Assembly (NCBI GenBank): GCA_038087875.1
Contig: CM075996.1
Coordinates: 9,550,001 to 9,614,000 of the forward strand
Direction: 5' to 3'
Source of the DNA: Malacoraja senta
Lineage: Eukaryota
Length of the DNA: 64,000 bases
Position numbers and translations under genes: made by a program. Under the pieces are notes generated by a model. The model did not search any database. It had not been told where the DNA came from and was given only the letters and a program-made list of their open reading frames with translations. Shown piece after piece: positions 33,324 through 44,068 of this stretch. Position 1 is the stretch's first letter, and each line of letters opens with the position of its first letter.

Positions 33324-34687
33324 GTAAGTGTGCGCGTGTGTGTGTGTGTTCCTCAACTTATCTACAGACACAGACACAAACTGCTGGAGTCACTCAGCGG
33401 GACAGGCAGCATCTCTGGAGAGAAGGAATGGGTGATGTTTCGGGTCAAGACCCTTCTTCAGACCGATCCGAACTGTCTCGATCTGAAACGTCACCCATTC
33501 CTTCTCTCTAGAGATGCTGCCTGTTCCGCTGAGTTACTCCAGCATTTTGTGTCTACCTTTGATTTAAACCAGCATCTGCTGTTCCTTCCTACACATTTAG
33601 TTTGAGCTTTACTTACCCTGTATTACGACCAGTGTGTATACGTGAGGTAGGAACTGCAGGTGCTGGTTTAAACCCAAGTTAGAGCACGGTGGCGCAGCGG
33701 TAGAGTTGCTGCCTTACAGCACTTGCAGCGCTGGAGACCCGGGTTCAATCCTGACTATGGGTGCTTGTCTGTACGGAGTTTGTGCCTTCTCCCCGTGACC
33801 TGCGTGGGTTTTCCCTGAGATCTTCGGTTTCCTCCCACACTATAAAGACGTACAGGTTTGTAGGTTAATTGGCTTGGTATAAGTGTAAATTGTCCCTAGT
33901 GTGTGTAGGATAGTGTTAGTGTGCGGGGATCGCTGGTCGGCGCGGACTCGGTGACCTGAAGCACCTCCCCGTGACCTGTGTGGGTTTTCTCCGAGATCTT
34001 CGGTTTCCTCCCACACTCCAGAGACGTACAGGTTTAGAGTCATAGAGTGATACAGCGTGGAAACAGGCCCTTCGGCTCAACTTGCCCACACCGGCCAACA
34101 TGTCCCAGCTACACTTGTCCCACCTGCCCGCGTTTGGCCCATATCCCTCCAAAACCTGTCCTATCCATGTACCTGTCTAACTGTCTCTGAAACGTTGGGA
34201 TAGTCTCAGCCTCAACTACCTCCTCTTCTGGCAGCTTGTTCCATACACCAACCACCCTTTGTGTGAAAAAGTTGCCCCTCTCAGCGCTCCAGGGAATAGA
34301 TTCCTATTAAATCTTTTCCCCTTCACCTTGAACCTGGTGTATGTTCTAAGGTTCCCGATTCCCCTACTCTGGGCAAGCGACTCTGTGCATGTTTGTAGGT
34401 TAATTGGCTTGGTGAAAGTGTAAAATTGTCCTTAGTGTGTGTAGGATAGTGTTAGTGTGTGGGGATCGCTGGTCGGTGCAAACTCGGTGGGCCGGAGGCC
34501 TGTTTCCGCGCTGTACCTCATGAGTCAAGAGTGTTTTATTGTCATGTGTCCCAGATAGAACAATGACATTCTTACTTGCTGCAGCACAACAGAATATGTA
34601 AACATAGTACACTGTGAACCATAAAATATACAAGAGGAACAAATTCAGTTATAGTCTAAACTAAACCTCTTTGTTTTCCCCACCCAG

Positions 34688-34947
34688 GAGACACGTATTT
34701 CTTCAAAGGGACGACCTACTGGAAGATGAGAGGTGGTGAGATTGAGGTGGAGTCACGGGCTTCGACAGCGCGGGACTGGATGCACTGCGACGTGCCGCCT
34801 GAATCCCCAAGGGGCCAGGACCCCGATGCAGAGGGCTGCAGCTGCTTGAAAGAACGCAATGCGGGCCTGGCCCTGGGCCCTGCCGCACTCTGCCTTCTCG
34901 CTGCACTCCTGGCCCAACTCTGCAGCACGCAGCTGCTCACGGACTGA
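34688..34947 (+). CDS. MMP17/25-like last coding exon: hemopexin end, CxC stem, hydrophobic GPI-type tail
   Basis: cccag acceptor. Encodes DTYFFKGTTYWKM...STARDWMHC...GCSC...LALGPAALCLLAALLAQL, TGA at 34945-34947. Confidence 0.93.
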
Positions 34948-35729
34948 ACCCCACGACCCCGCTGCATCTCTCTCTCCAACCGCTACCTCTCAGATAAGGC
35001 GACGCTTCCTCACCAGTGTTTCATCAGCACATGCAGCGAGCTCAGAATAATGGAATACTCACGTGCAGCTGCAGCGTGAACTCCCAACTTCTCCAGCATC
35101 TCGTGTCTATCTTCAGTGTCAACCAGCAGCTGCAGTTCCTTCCTGCCCAACGTCTATGAGTAGGCAGGAACTGCAAATGCTAGTTTAAACCGAAGAAAGA
35201 TACAAAATGCTGGAGTAGCTCAGCGGGACAGGCAGCATCTCTCGAGAGAAGGAATGGGGTGACGTTTCGGGTCGAGACCCTTCTTCCAACTTCTATACTT
35301 GATTGGTCAATGTGTGGGTCTGTGTATGAATCCGATCTATTCCTCTCATGATTTTGTACATCTCTGTAAGATCACCCCTCATCCTCCAGCGCTCCAGGGA
35401 ATAGAGTCCGAGCTTGCTCAACCTCCCCCTATAGCTCAGGCCCTCAAGTCCTGACAACATCGTCGTAAAACCACTGTACCCTTTAGGTACAAAATGCTGG
35501 ACAATAGACAATAGGTGCAGGAGTAGGCCATTCGGCCCTTCGAACCAGCACCGCCATTCAACGTGATCATGGCTGATCATCCCAATCAGTACCCCGTTCC
35601 TGCCTTCTCCCCATATCCCCTGATTCTGCTATCTTTAAGAGCCTGATGTAGCTCTCTGTTGAAAGTATCCAGAGAACCGGCCTCCACCGCCCTCTGATGC
35701 AGAGAACTCCACAGACTCACAACTCTCTG

Positions 35730-36521
35730 CAGGCACGGAAATCGCTATCAAAATATAGAGGGGACCTGGGGACACAATTTCTTGGCGGCCGCACGAGCAT
35801 GCGCACACTCACACTCACACACTCGAGGCTTCGGAGGCTCAATCCAGCGCTAAATGCAGCTCAACTCTGCCTGTATCGCCGGGTTAACTACAGCCCTGCC
35901 TGGACTGACGGGACACCAGCGCTGCTTCTCCGCACTGGCTGTAAACCTGGGCCATATTTCCCGCAAGTCCAGGCAGGGCTGTAGGTTGACCCGGCGGGAC
36001 AGGCAGAGTTGAGCTGTGTTTAGCGTTGCTTCTCTGTGCTGGCTGTGGGCCTGGTGGCACCGCTCCCGTCTGACTCCCGACATCTCTGGCCACCCCCGGG
36101 CGTGGGGGGGGGGCATTCGGGTGGGGACGAGGACAGTGCCGGACGGCCGGCCGGGATCGATCCTGGCTGCGGATGAGGCACAGGTCTGTGTCCAGGGCTG
36201 CCGTTGTGACCCTATGACCTGGGCACGTCTCCCTCCTCCAATGACCGCACTCAATCCTCAGTCCCACCCCCCTACTTCCGCCTCTGACTGACACCTCCCT
36301 CCCTCAATGATCGCGCTGAATCATCATGTCCCGCCCCCATTGCCTGCTGACCGACGTCTCTCTCGTCCAATCGGCACCCTCGATCAGCAGTCCCACCCCC
36401 ACTCTCGCGGAAATTTCACCGGGTTTTAAAATCCGGATTACAAAAAATGGGGAGATCGTCCCCCACCTCTCAAAACAGGGAGGGGACGTGTCCACCCTGC
36501 CCCCCCGGATTTCCGCCCCTG
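35730..36521. mobile_element. Non-autonomous hAT-like DNA transposon
   Basis: TIR CAGGCACGGAAATC / GATTTCCGCCCCTG. 8-bp TSD ACTCTCTG (35722-35729) / ACTCTGTG (36522-36529). Internal ~50-bp inverted repeat at ~35854-35905 / 35967-36020. Confidence 0.75.
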
Positions 36522-37331
36522 ACTCTGTGTGAGTTACTCAGCGGGACAGACACCATCTCTCGACCCAAAACATCGCCCATTCCTTCTAGCCAGAGTTGCT
36601 GCCTGATCCGCTGAGTTACTCCAGCATTTTGTGTCTATCTTCAGTGTAAAGCAGCGTCTGAAGTTCCTTCCTACACGTTTCTTTGCACCCTTTCCAACTT
36701 GACAACATCTTTTCCTATCACACGGTGCCCAGAACTGAACACAATATTCTACAAATGCCGCCTCACCAACGTCTTGGGTAACTGCAACATGACCTCAGAA
36801 CTTCTGTACTGTGTGTGTGTGTGTGTATGTGTGTGTGTGTGGTGTGTGTGTGTGTGAACCTACGTGAACTAGAGAATCTGCAAGTCAATGTACAAATTGT
36901 ATTTGTAAGCGGTTTTCCAATGCGCCGTTTGAAATGTAACGCGTATGACAAGAGTAAAAGAACAGTGGGCCGAAGGACCTGTTTCCGCGCTGTATCTCTA
37001 AACCAAACTAAACTCAAGCCAATTAACGTCTTTGGAGCGTGGGAGGAAACCGAAGATCTCAGAGACAAGCCATGCTGGCGGATCTGATCCGTAGATTAAC
37101 CCTTATTAATTCATGCCATTTATCCCCTTCACCACACAAATATGCATGCCACCCTTTACATGGTATTACGTACTACACAAGGACAGTCTCTCTGTCCCTC
37201 TCTCTCACACACACACACACACAAGCCAGCGGAGCCAGACGCGGGCAGCTGGCTGTTTGAATGTTCCTGTTTGCCTATGGAATATAGATTGATTTTACCA
37301 TGCGCGTGTTGATGTGGATCACTGATAAACA

Positions 37332-37384
37332 TGGTGTCAGAAGTGGGATTCGAACCCATGCCTCCAGAGGAGACTGCGACCTGA
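37332..37384 (-). pseudogene. 3' half of tRNA-Leu(CAG) including terminal CCA (not a functional tRNA gene)
   Basis: Minus strand TCAGGTCGCAGTCTCCTCTGGAGGCATGGGTTCGAATCCCACTTCTGACACCA matches vertebrate tRNA-Leu(CAG) from the anticodon loop onward. The 5' half is absent. Confidence 0.85.
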
Positions 37385-38237
37385 TCTAATGTTCCTATGA
37401 TCTTGGTGAGAGCAGCGGGCGTGTACATAACCTCGACCACATCTCCACAGTCTGGGCAGAGGTATTGGCCGCTGCACACTGTGTGGGGGAAAAGCTTGGT
37501 GAAAATCAATTCGAATGACTCTCCACCACTCCTCCTCCAGGCCATCTTTCCTCATTGCCTTGGCAAGGCTGGTTACTGGACTGGTATTGATTCAGTATTG
37601 TTACCAAGACACAGCGAACAGCTCTTGTCTGTGTGCGATCCAATTAAATCAGATAATGTGAAACATGCCAAAAGCAAGTACGACCGATACAAAATGAACA
37701 GAGTAAACTACAGTTTCTCAGCCATGTAACATAGCAGTTCCAGAGAAAAGGACCAGTGTCGGCAATAAGGTAGGTTGGTGGATTAAAAACGTGTGAAAGA
37801 TACATCTTCTAGATGCGCTGGGACGCATCCTCAGTCATCAGGTGTTTCGGGTCTCACAACATCAGACACCCTCGCCCAGGCGACCCAGCTGGGTTGATCA
37901 GGCCCGACTTGCGTCCCAGCAGCAACCGCCCACGGATCAGCCCTCTTAATCCAAAGCCACCTAGTGGCTTTCTCAGCGGCTTCGCTTGCGGATTGAATGG
38001 CCCTCTTCTTTGCTAGCCCCCGTAATGCCCAACTGGTTGAGGACTTTGCAGAGTGAGCGTCCTGCAAAGCCTCTACAGCCCACCTCTATGGGCTCATAGT
38101 ATGTCTTCCAGCCGCTGTCCTGGCACATCTCCACCAGTTCCTGGTACTTTGCACGTTTCCTCTCATAGCCTCTTCAATGCGCATCTTCCCAAGGCACTGT
38201 CAGCTCCAGAATGATCAGCCGTTTTGTCACTTCGGAC

Positions 38238-39643
38238 ATAGAAACATAGTAAATAGTGCAGGAGTACAGCCCTTTAAGCCAGCACCGCCATTCAATATGA
38301 TCATGGCTGATCATCCAGAATCAGTACCCTGTTCCTGCTTTCACCTCATATCCCTTGATTCCATTAGCTCTAAGAGCTATATCCAACACTGTCTTGAATA
38401 CATCCATTGAATCTGTCTCCACTGCCTTCTGTGGCAGAGAATTCCACAGATTCACAACTCTCTGAATGAAAACGTTTTTCCTTACCTCAGTCCTAAATGG
38501 CCTACCCCTTATTCTTAAACAGATTCTAGACTCCCCCAATATCGGGAACATTTTACCTGTATCAAGCCTGTTCAATCCTTAAAAACTTTATATGTTTCTA
38601 GAAGATCTCCTCTCATCCTTCTAAATTCCAGTCAATACAAGCCCAGTTGATCCATTTCTTTCATCATATGTCAGTCCCATCTCCCAGGGAATTAACCTGG
38701 CGAACCTACGCTGCACTCCCTCAATAGCAAGCATGCCCTGCCTCAAATTAGGAGACCAAAACCGCACACAATACTCCAGGTGCGGTCTCACCGGGGCCAT
38801 GTACAACTGCAGTAGGACCTCCTTGCTCCTAAACTCAGATCCTCTCGCTATGAAGGCCAACATGCCATTTACTTTGTTTAAGAAGGAACTGCAGATGCTG
38901 GAAAATCGAAGGTACACAAAAATGCTGGAGAAACTCAGCGGGTGCAGCAGCATCTATGAATTAGGGTTTCGGCCCGAAACGTTGCCTATTTCCTTCCGCT
39001 CCATAGATGCTGCTGCACCCGCTGAGTTTCTCCAGCATTTTGTGTACCATGCCATTAGCTTTCTTCACTGCCTGCTGTACATGCATGCTTACTTTCAGCG
39101 ACTGATGTACAAGGACACCCAGGTCTCATTGCACCTCCCCCTTTTCCTAATCTGACATTATTCTGTCACACTTGTCACGCTTCCAGACACTTGAGACTCT
39201 TTCCACACTTGTCCCCTGAGCTATTAGGAGTTACACCTGCATTTAATCTGCTCCCCTAATCTATCACTTGGTACAAACACCTGAGATCATCACCAATTGG
39301 GTGTTAACTGACTAATCAGTTCCAGGTCTATATCTTTCTGTTCCATTTGCGTTTGGATTTTCTTCACTACTTTGGTGTGCCTGCATTCGAGTCCGTTCTA
39401 TTTCTGAGCCCGCTGACATTCAGATATGAATCTGCCTTCTTGTTCTTGCCACCAAAGTGGATAACCTCATTAAACTGCATTTATCCTCATAAACTGCATC
39501 TGCCATGTATCTGCCCACTCGCCCAACCTGTCCAAGTCACCCTGCATCCTGATAGCATCCTCCTCGCAGCTCACACTGCCACCTAGCTTTGTGTCATCCG
39601 CACAAACTTGATGTTATATTTAATTCCTTTGTCTAAATCGTTA
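38238..39643 (-). mobile_element. Decayed CR1 LINE with nested insertions (Penelope-derived inverted pair ~38872-39047; putative solo LTR)
   Basis: RPHLEYCVRFWSP and QRVVNLWNSLP motifs; the CR1 sequence resumes after each insertion. Confidence 0.8.
39164..39418. mobile_element. Putative solo LTR (~255 bp)
   Basis: TGTCA...TGACA termini. (A)TTC repeated on both sides. Interrupts contiguous CR1 sequence. Confidence 0.55.
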
Positions 39644-40067
39644 TCTATCTGTGTTATACTAAAACTCTTCCCTTTGTTCTCATCATTCTAAATGTCTGTG
39701 TGAGTCAGGGTTGTGTTGGCTTTCGTTTAATCTCCTGAATTTGTATCTTCTCCCAAACGCTTGGCCACAGCTTCCCATTTTCACACACGCTTCCCATTTT
39801 CACACACGCTACTCACATTTTATCCCCCTACCGGATACATATCTCCCCGCTGCATTTCAACCTCTATTTCTCAAATCATTAATCTATTAAAAACTGCTTC
39901 AAAATATTAAAGTTTTCAACGTTCTCATTTTGAAGGAAAAAAATGGCGACTGATGCCACAATCCACTCGCACGCTCCGGGCGCTTGGGTCACTCCAGCAT
40001 CCAACCCGCTCGGCCCTGCTGGGACCCCTTTGGCCCCGCACGCTCCGCTCCGCGCACACAAGGAGAG

Positions 40068-40412
40068 ATTCGGGACGAGGGGCCCATCGTGGAGAGTTAC
40101 ATCAGCTTCATTACTGTCACCCCTATGGCTCCAGAGGGGGAGTTTGATGGGTTTGTGGCGGTGGTGAACAAGGACATGAGTGCCAAGTTCACCCGGCTGG
40201 TGGCCTCTGCTGAGCGGCTGCTGCCCCAGCTACCCTGGCCCCAGCCCTATGAGACCGACCGACTCCTCACGCCCGACCTCACCTCCCTCGACGTGCTCAC
40301 CTTCGCTGGCAGCGGCATCCCAGCCGGCATCAATATCCCCAACTACGACCACATCTGTCAGACGGTGGGGTTTAAAAACGTCACGCTCAAGAATGTGCTG
40401 GCAGTGGCCTGC
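40068..40412 (+). pseudogene. DPP3: Intronless fragment of dipeptidyl peptidase 3
   Basis: GPIVESYI...[31 protein letters not shown]...[23 protein letters not shown]....GFKNV.L.NVLAVA. Local compensated frameshift at ~40110-40140. No start codon; ends in a CT-rich repeat. Confidence 0.88.
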
Positions 40413-40899
40413 CCTCTCTCTGTCTCTGCTCTTTCTGCTCTCTCTGTCTCTGCTCTCTCTGTCTCAGCCCTCTCTCTGTCTCTGCTCTCTCTCTGTCTCA
40501 GCCCTCTCTGTCTCTGCTCTCTCTGCCCTCTCTCCGTCTCTGCCCTCTCTCCGTCTCTGCCCTCTCTCCGTCTCTGCCCTCTCTCTGTCTCTGCCCTCTC
40601 TGTCTGCCCTCTCTCCATCTCTGCCCTCTCTCCGTCTCTGCCCTCTGTCTCTGCCCTCTCTCTGTCTCTGCCCTCTCTCTGTCTCTGCCCTCTCTCTGTC
40701 TCTGCCCTCTCTGTCTCTGCCCTCTCTCTGTCTCTGCCCTCTCTCTGTCTCTGCCTCTCTCTGTCTCAGCTCTCTCTCTGTCTCTGCCCTCTGTGTCTCT
40801 GCCTCTCTCTCTGTCCTCTGTCTCTTCCCTCTCTGTCTCTGGCTTCTCTGCCCTCTCTCTCTACCTCTCTGCCATCTCTCTCTCTTCCCCCTCTCTTAG

Positions 40900-40934
<35 letters not shown>

Positions 40935-40935
40935 C
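40413..40935. repeat. CT-rich degenerate tandem repeat (TCTCTGCCCTCTCTCTG-like)
   Basis: Directly visible. Confidence 0.9.
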
Positions 40936-42063
40936 CTGAAAACTGTAACATCCAGGTTGAGGAACAGCTTCTTCCCACAGTCACCAGGCTATTAAACACC
41001 ACAACCTCATATGGACTCTGAACTACAATAGACTATTATCATTATTACACTATTATTGTTTGTTTTTGTGTGCATATATATATATATATAGAGAGAAAAA
41101 AAGTTCAGTGGGTATATATATACACATATGTACATATATATGTGTATTTATGAGTATGTGTGCACCCGACTAACTGGATTTTTCCTGTATTATATTGTTC
41201 ACAGTGTATTATGTTTACATATTGTGTTGTGCTGCTACAAGTAAGAATGCCATTGTCCTATCTGGGACACATGACAATAAACCACTCTTGACTCATGCGG
41301 TACAGCGCAGAAACAGGCCCCTTCGGCCCACCGAGTCCGCGCCGACCAGCGATCCCCGCACACTAACACTACCCCTACACACACCAAGGACAATTTACAA
41401 TCTTTGCCAAAGCCAATTAACCTACAAACCTGTACGTCTTTGGAGTGTGGAGGAAACTGGAAGCACCCGGAGAAAACCCGTGTCTCTGGTGCTCTAAGGC
41501 AGCAACTCCTACCGCTGCGCCACCGTGCCGCCCATTTGTAAGATTACTCTGCATTTTGCGTGATATGGTGACAGGTAATTTGTTACTGTTTGTTGTGAAT
41601 TTATTGTCAATAGGTTAAATACATTTAATTTGTAGAAGCAAAGAAGGGGGACAGGAAACTATTGGTGGAGTTAGGTTTTAATAACAGCCGGTCTAAAAGT
41701 AGCCTCTCGTTACAGCCCGGTATCACAGTGATATTAGTTTTCCCGTCTTACTCTCTCAACCCCCCCCCCCCCCCCTTCATTGCCCACTGCCTCTACTCCG
41801 GATCGCCCCCTTCCCTGGATCTGGGGCGGCAACTGCAGATGCTGGATGACGCTGAAGCCTGATGCTAAATGCTGGAGTAACTCAGTGGGACAGGCAGCAT
41901 CTCTGGAGGGAAGGAATGGGTGACGTTTCGGGTCGAGACAGCTCATGTCAGTCTGAAGAAGGGTCTCGAGCCGAAACGTCACCCATTCATCCCTCCGGAG
42001 GTGCTGCCTGTCCCCACAGAGTTACTCCAGCATTCAGCGTCCCGATCATCCGTGGTAGCTCCC

Positions 42064-42211
42064 TCACTTGCTGACGTAAGGGGTGGCTCTCATGATGCGG
42101 AAGATGAAGGTGGCGATCTTCTCGTAGATGAGGAACATGAGGGCGGATGTGAGGACGGTTTGTAGCAGCTTGGCCTCAAGCCCCTTGTACAGACCCATGA
42201 ATCCCTGGCAC
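42064..42211 (-). CDS. SLC25A17: Peroxisomal membrane protein PMP34, last coding exon
   Basis: cacag acceptor. Encodes [30 protein letters not shown]...TGA. Candidate AATAAA at 41600-41605(-). Confidence 0.93.
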
Positions 42212-43085
42212 CTGTGAGAAGTACATGAGAACACAATGAATACATAGGGACAAGTATATACGAAAACATAAGTACACAAGAATGATGGGAGCAGAATTAG
42301 GCAAGTTATCGCGGCAAATCACACCGTATAACCCTACGTCAGGTAGTGCCAAAGGGAAAATAAACGTGGTGCAGTTGTGTTACTGCGACAGAGAAAGTGC
42401 AGATTTTTAAAAGCGCAAGGGCCACACTGAGGTAGATTGAGCAACATCCTTCGCATGAGAGGTCCGTTATAAATTATTGGAACAGAATTAGGCCATTCGG
42501 CCCATCAAGTCCACTCCGCCATTCAATCATGGCTGGTCTATCTCTCCCTCCTAACCCCATTCTCCTGCCTTCTCCCTGAAACCTCTGATTAGAGAGTTGC
42601 AGTTTGTAGATGACATGTGCATGTACCTTTAACATAGTGACCTCACCATTACTAACCACTCCCCACATCACTAGTATAATTACAACCTTCCCATCCAGTG
42701 CTCTCTCTCTGGTTCCGGTGACAGACCACGAACAGCTAGGGCAGTAAAGTATGTGTATCATGAATAAACAGTAGTAAAGACACAGTGCGCTATGACTCCT
42801 CTTTACACAGTTACAGCAGCCAGAGAGTCGCAGAGGTCATGACGTAAACGAGGGAGGGGGACGGGGGGGGGAAGCGGTCAGTCAGCCTCTGAGAAGGGGA
42901 GGTGGGAACCCAAGCCGTTCTGCCATAATGACCCGACTGCACCCAAGATAGCTGGAGTAACTCAGCGGGACAGGCAGCATCTCTGGAGAGAAGGAAGGGT
43001 GACGTTTCGGGTCAAGACCCTTCTTCAGACAGAGCTCAGTCTGATCAAGGGTCTCGACCCGAAACGTCATCCATTTCTTCTATCC

Positions 43086-43980
43086 GGGGGGGGGGGGGAG
43101 AATGAGAGTAAGGGAGAGGGGAGTAAGGGGGGGAGGGGAGTAAGGGGGGAGGGGAGTAACGTGGGGGAGCGGAGTAAGGGAGAGGGGAATAAGGGGGAGG
43201 GGAGTAAGGGGGGAGGGGAGTAAGGGGGGAGGGGAGTAAGGGGGGAGGGGAGTAACGTTGGGGAGCGGAGTAAGGGGGATAGGGGAGTAAGGGGGGAGGG
43301 GAGTAAGGGGGGATGGGAGTAAGGGGAATAGAGGAGTAAGGGGGATAGGGGAGTAAGGGGGATAGGGGAGTAAGGGGGATAGGGGAGTAAGGGGGATAGA
43401 GGAGTAAGGGGGATAGGGGAGTAAGGGGGGGAGGGGAGTAACGTGGGGGAGCGGAGTAAGGGGGAGGGGAGTAAGGGGGGGAGGGGAGTAAGGGGGGAGG
43501 GCAGTAAGGGGGGGAGGGCAGTAAGGGGGGAGGGCAGTAAGGGGGGGAGGGGAGTAACGTGGGGGAGCGGAGTAAGGGGGAGGGGAATAAGGGGGAGGGG
43601 AGTAAGGGGGGAGGGGAGTAAGGGGGGTGGGGAGTAAGGGGAGTAAGGGGTGCGGGAGTAAGGGGTGGGGGAGTAAGGGGTGGGGGGGTAAGGGGTGGGG
43701 GGTGAGTAAGGGGGGAGGGGAGTAAGGGGGGAGGGGAGTAAGGGAGGGGGAGTAAGTAGGGGGGAGGGGAGTAAGGGATGGGGGGAGTAATGGGGGAGGG
43801 GGGGTAAGGGGAGTAAGGGGTGGTGAGTAAGGGGGTGAGTAAGGGGGGAGGGGAGTAAGGGGGGGAGGGGGGGTAAGGGGAGTAAGGGGTGGTGAGTAAG
43901 GTGGTGAGTAAGGGGGGGAGGGGAGTAAGTGGGGGAGTAAGGGGGTAGACGGAGGGAAGGAGACAAGGGGGGGGGGGGTA
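43086..43980 (+). repeat. G-rich tandem repeat (GGGGAGTAAGGGGGGA-like) in an SLC25A17 intron
   Basis: Directly visible; dense runs of 4-8 G. Confidence 0.93.
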
Positions 43981-43985
43981 CTCAC

Positions 43986-44068
43986 TTCATCCGCTGTCTC
44001 AGGAGGTAGATGAGACTTTGCAGACTCCCCCAGATGCCTCTCCCCGCGTCCTTCCTGCGCTGGCCGAA
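43986..44068 (-). CDS. SLC25A17: PMP34 penultimate exon
   Basis: ccccag acceptor and gtgagt donor. Encodes FGQRRKDAGRGIWGSLQSLIYLLRQRMK. Phase 2 matches the last exon. Confidence 0.88.

Noticed and set aside
37385..37570. Coding-looking stretch (CSGQYLCPDCGDVVEVMY) next to the tRNA half
   Set aside because: Not recognised and no convincing splice sites; needs blastx.
39984..41021. 345-aa DPP3 fusion ORF with a Leu/Ser/Cys tail
   Set aside because: The tail is a CT repeat, there is no ATG start, and the DPP3 part is degenerate and lacks the HELLGH motif.
43067..43985. Extensin-like proline-rich ORFs
   Set aside because: Reverse complement of the intronic G-rich repeat.
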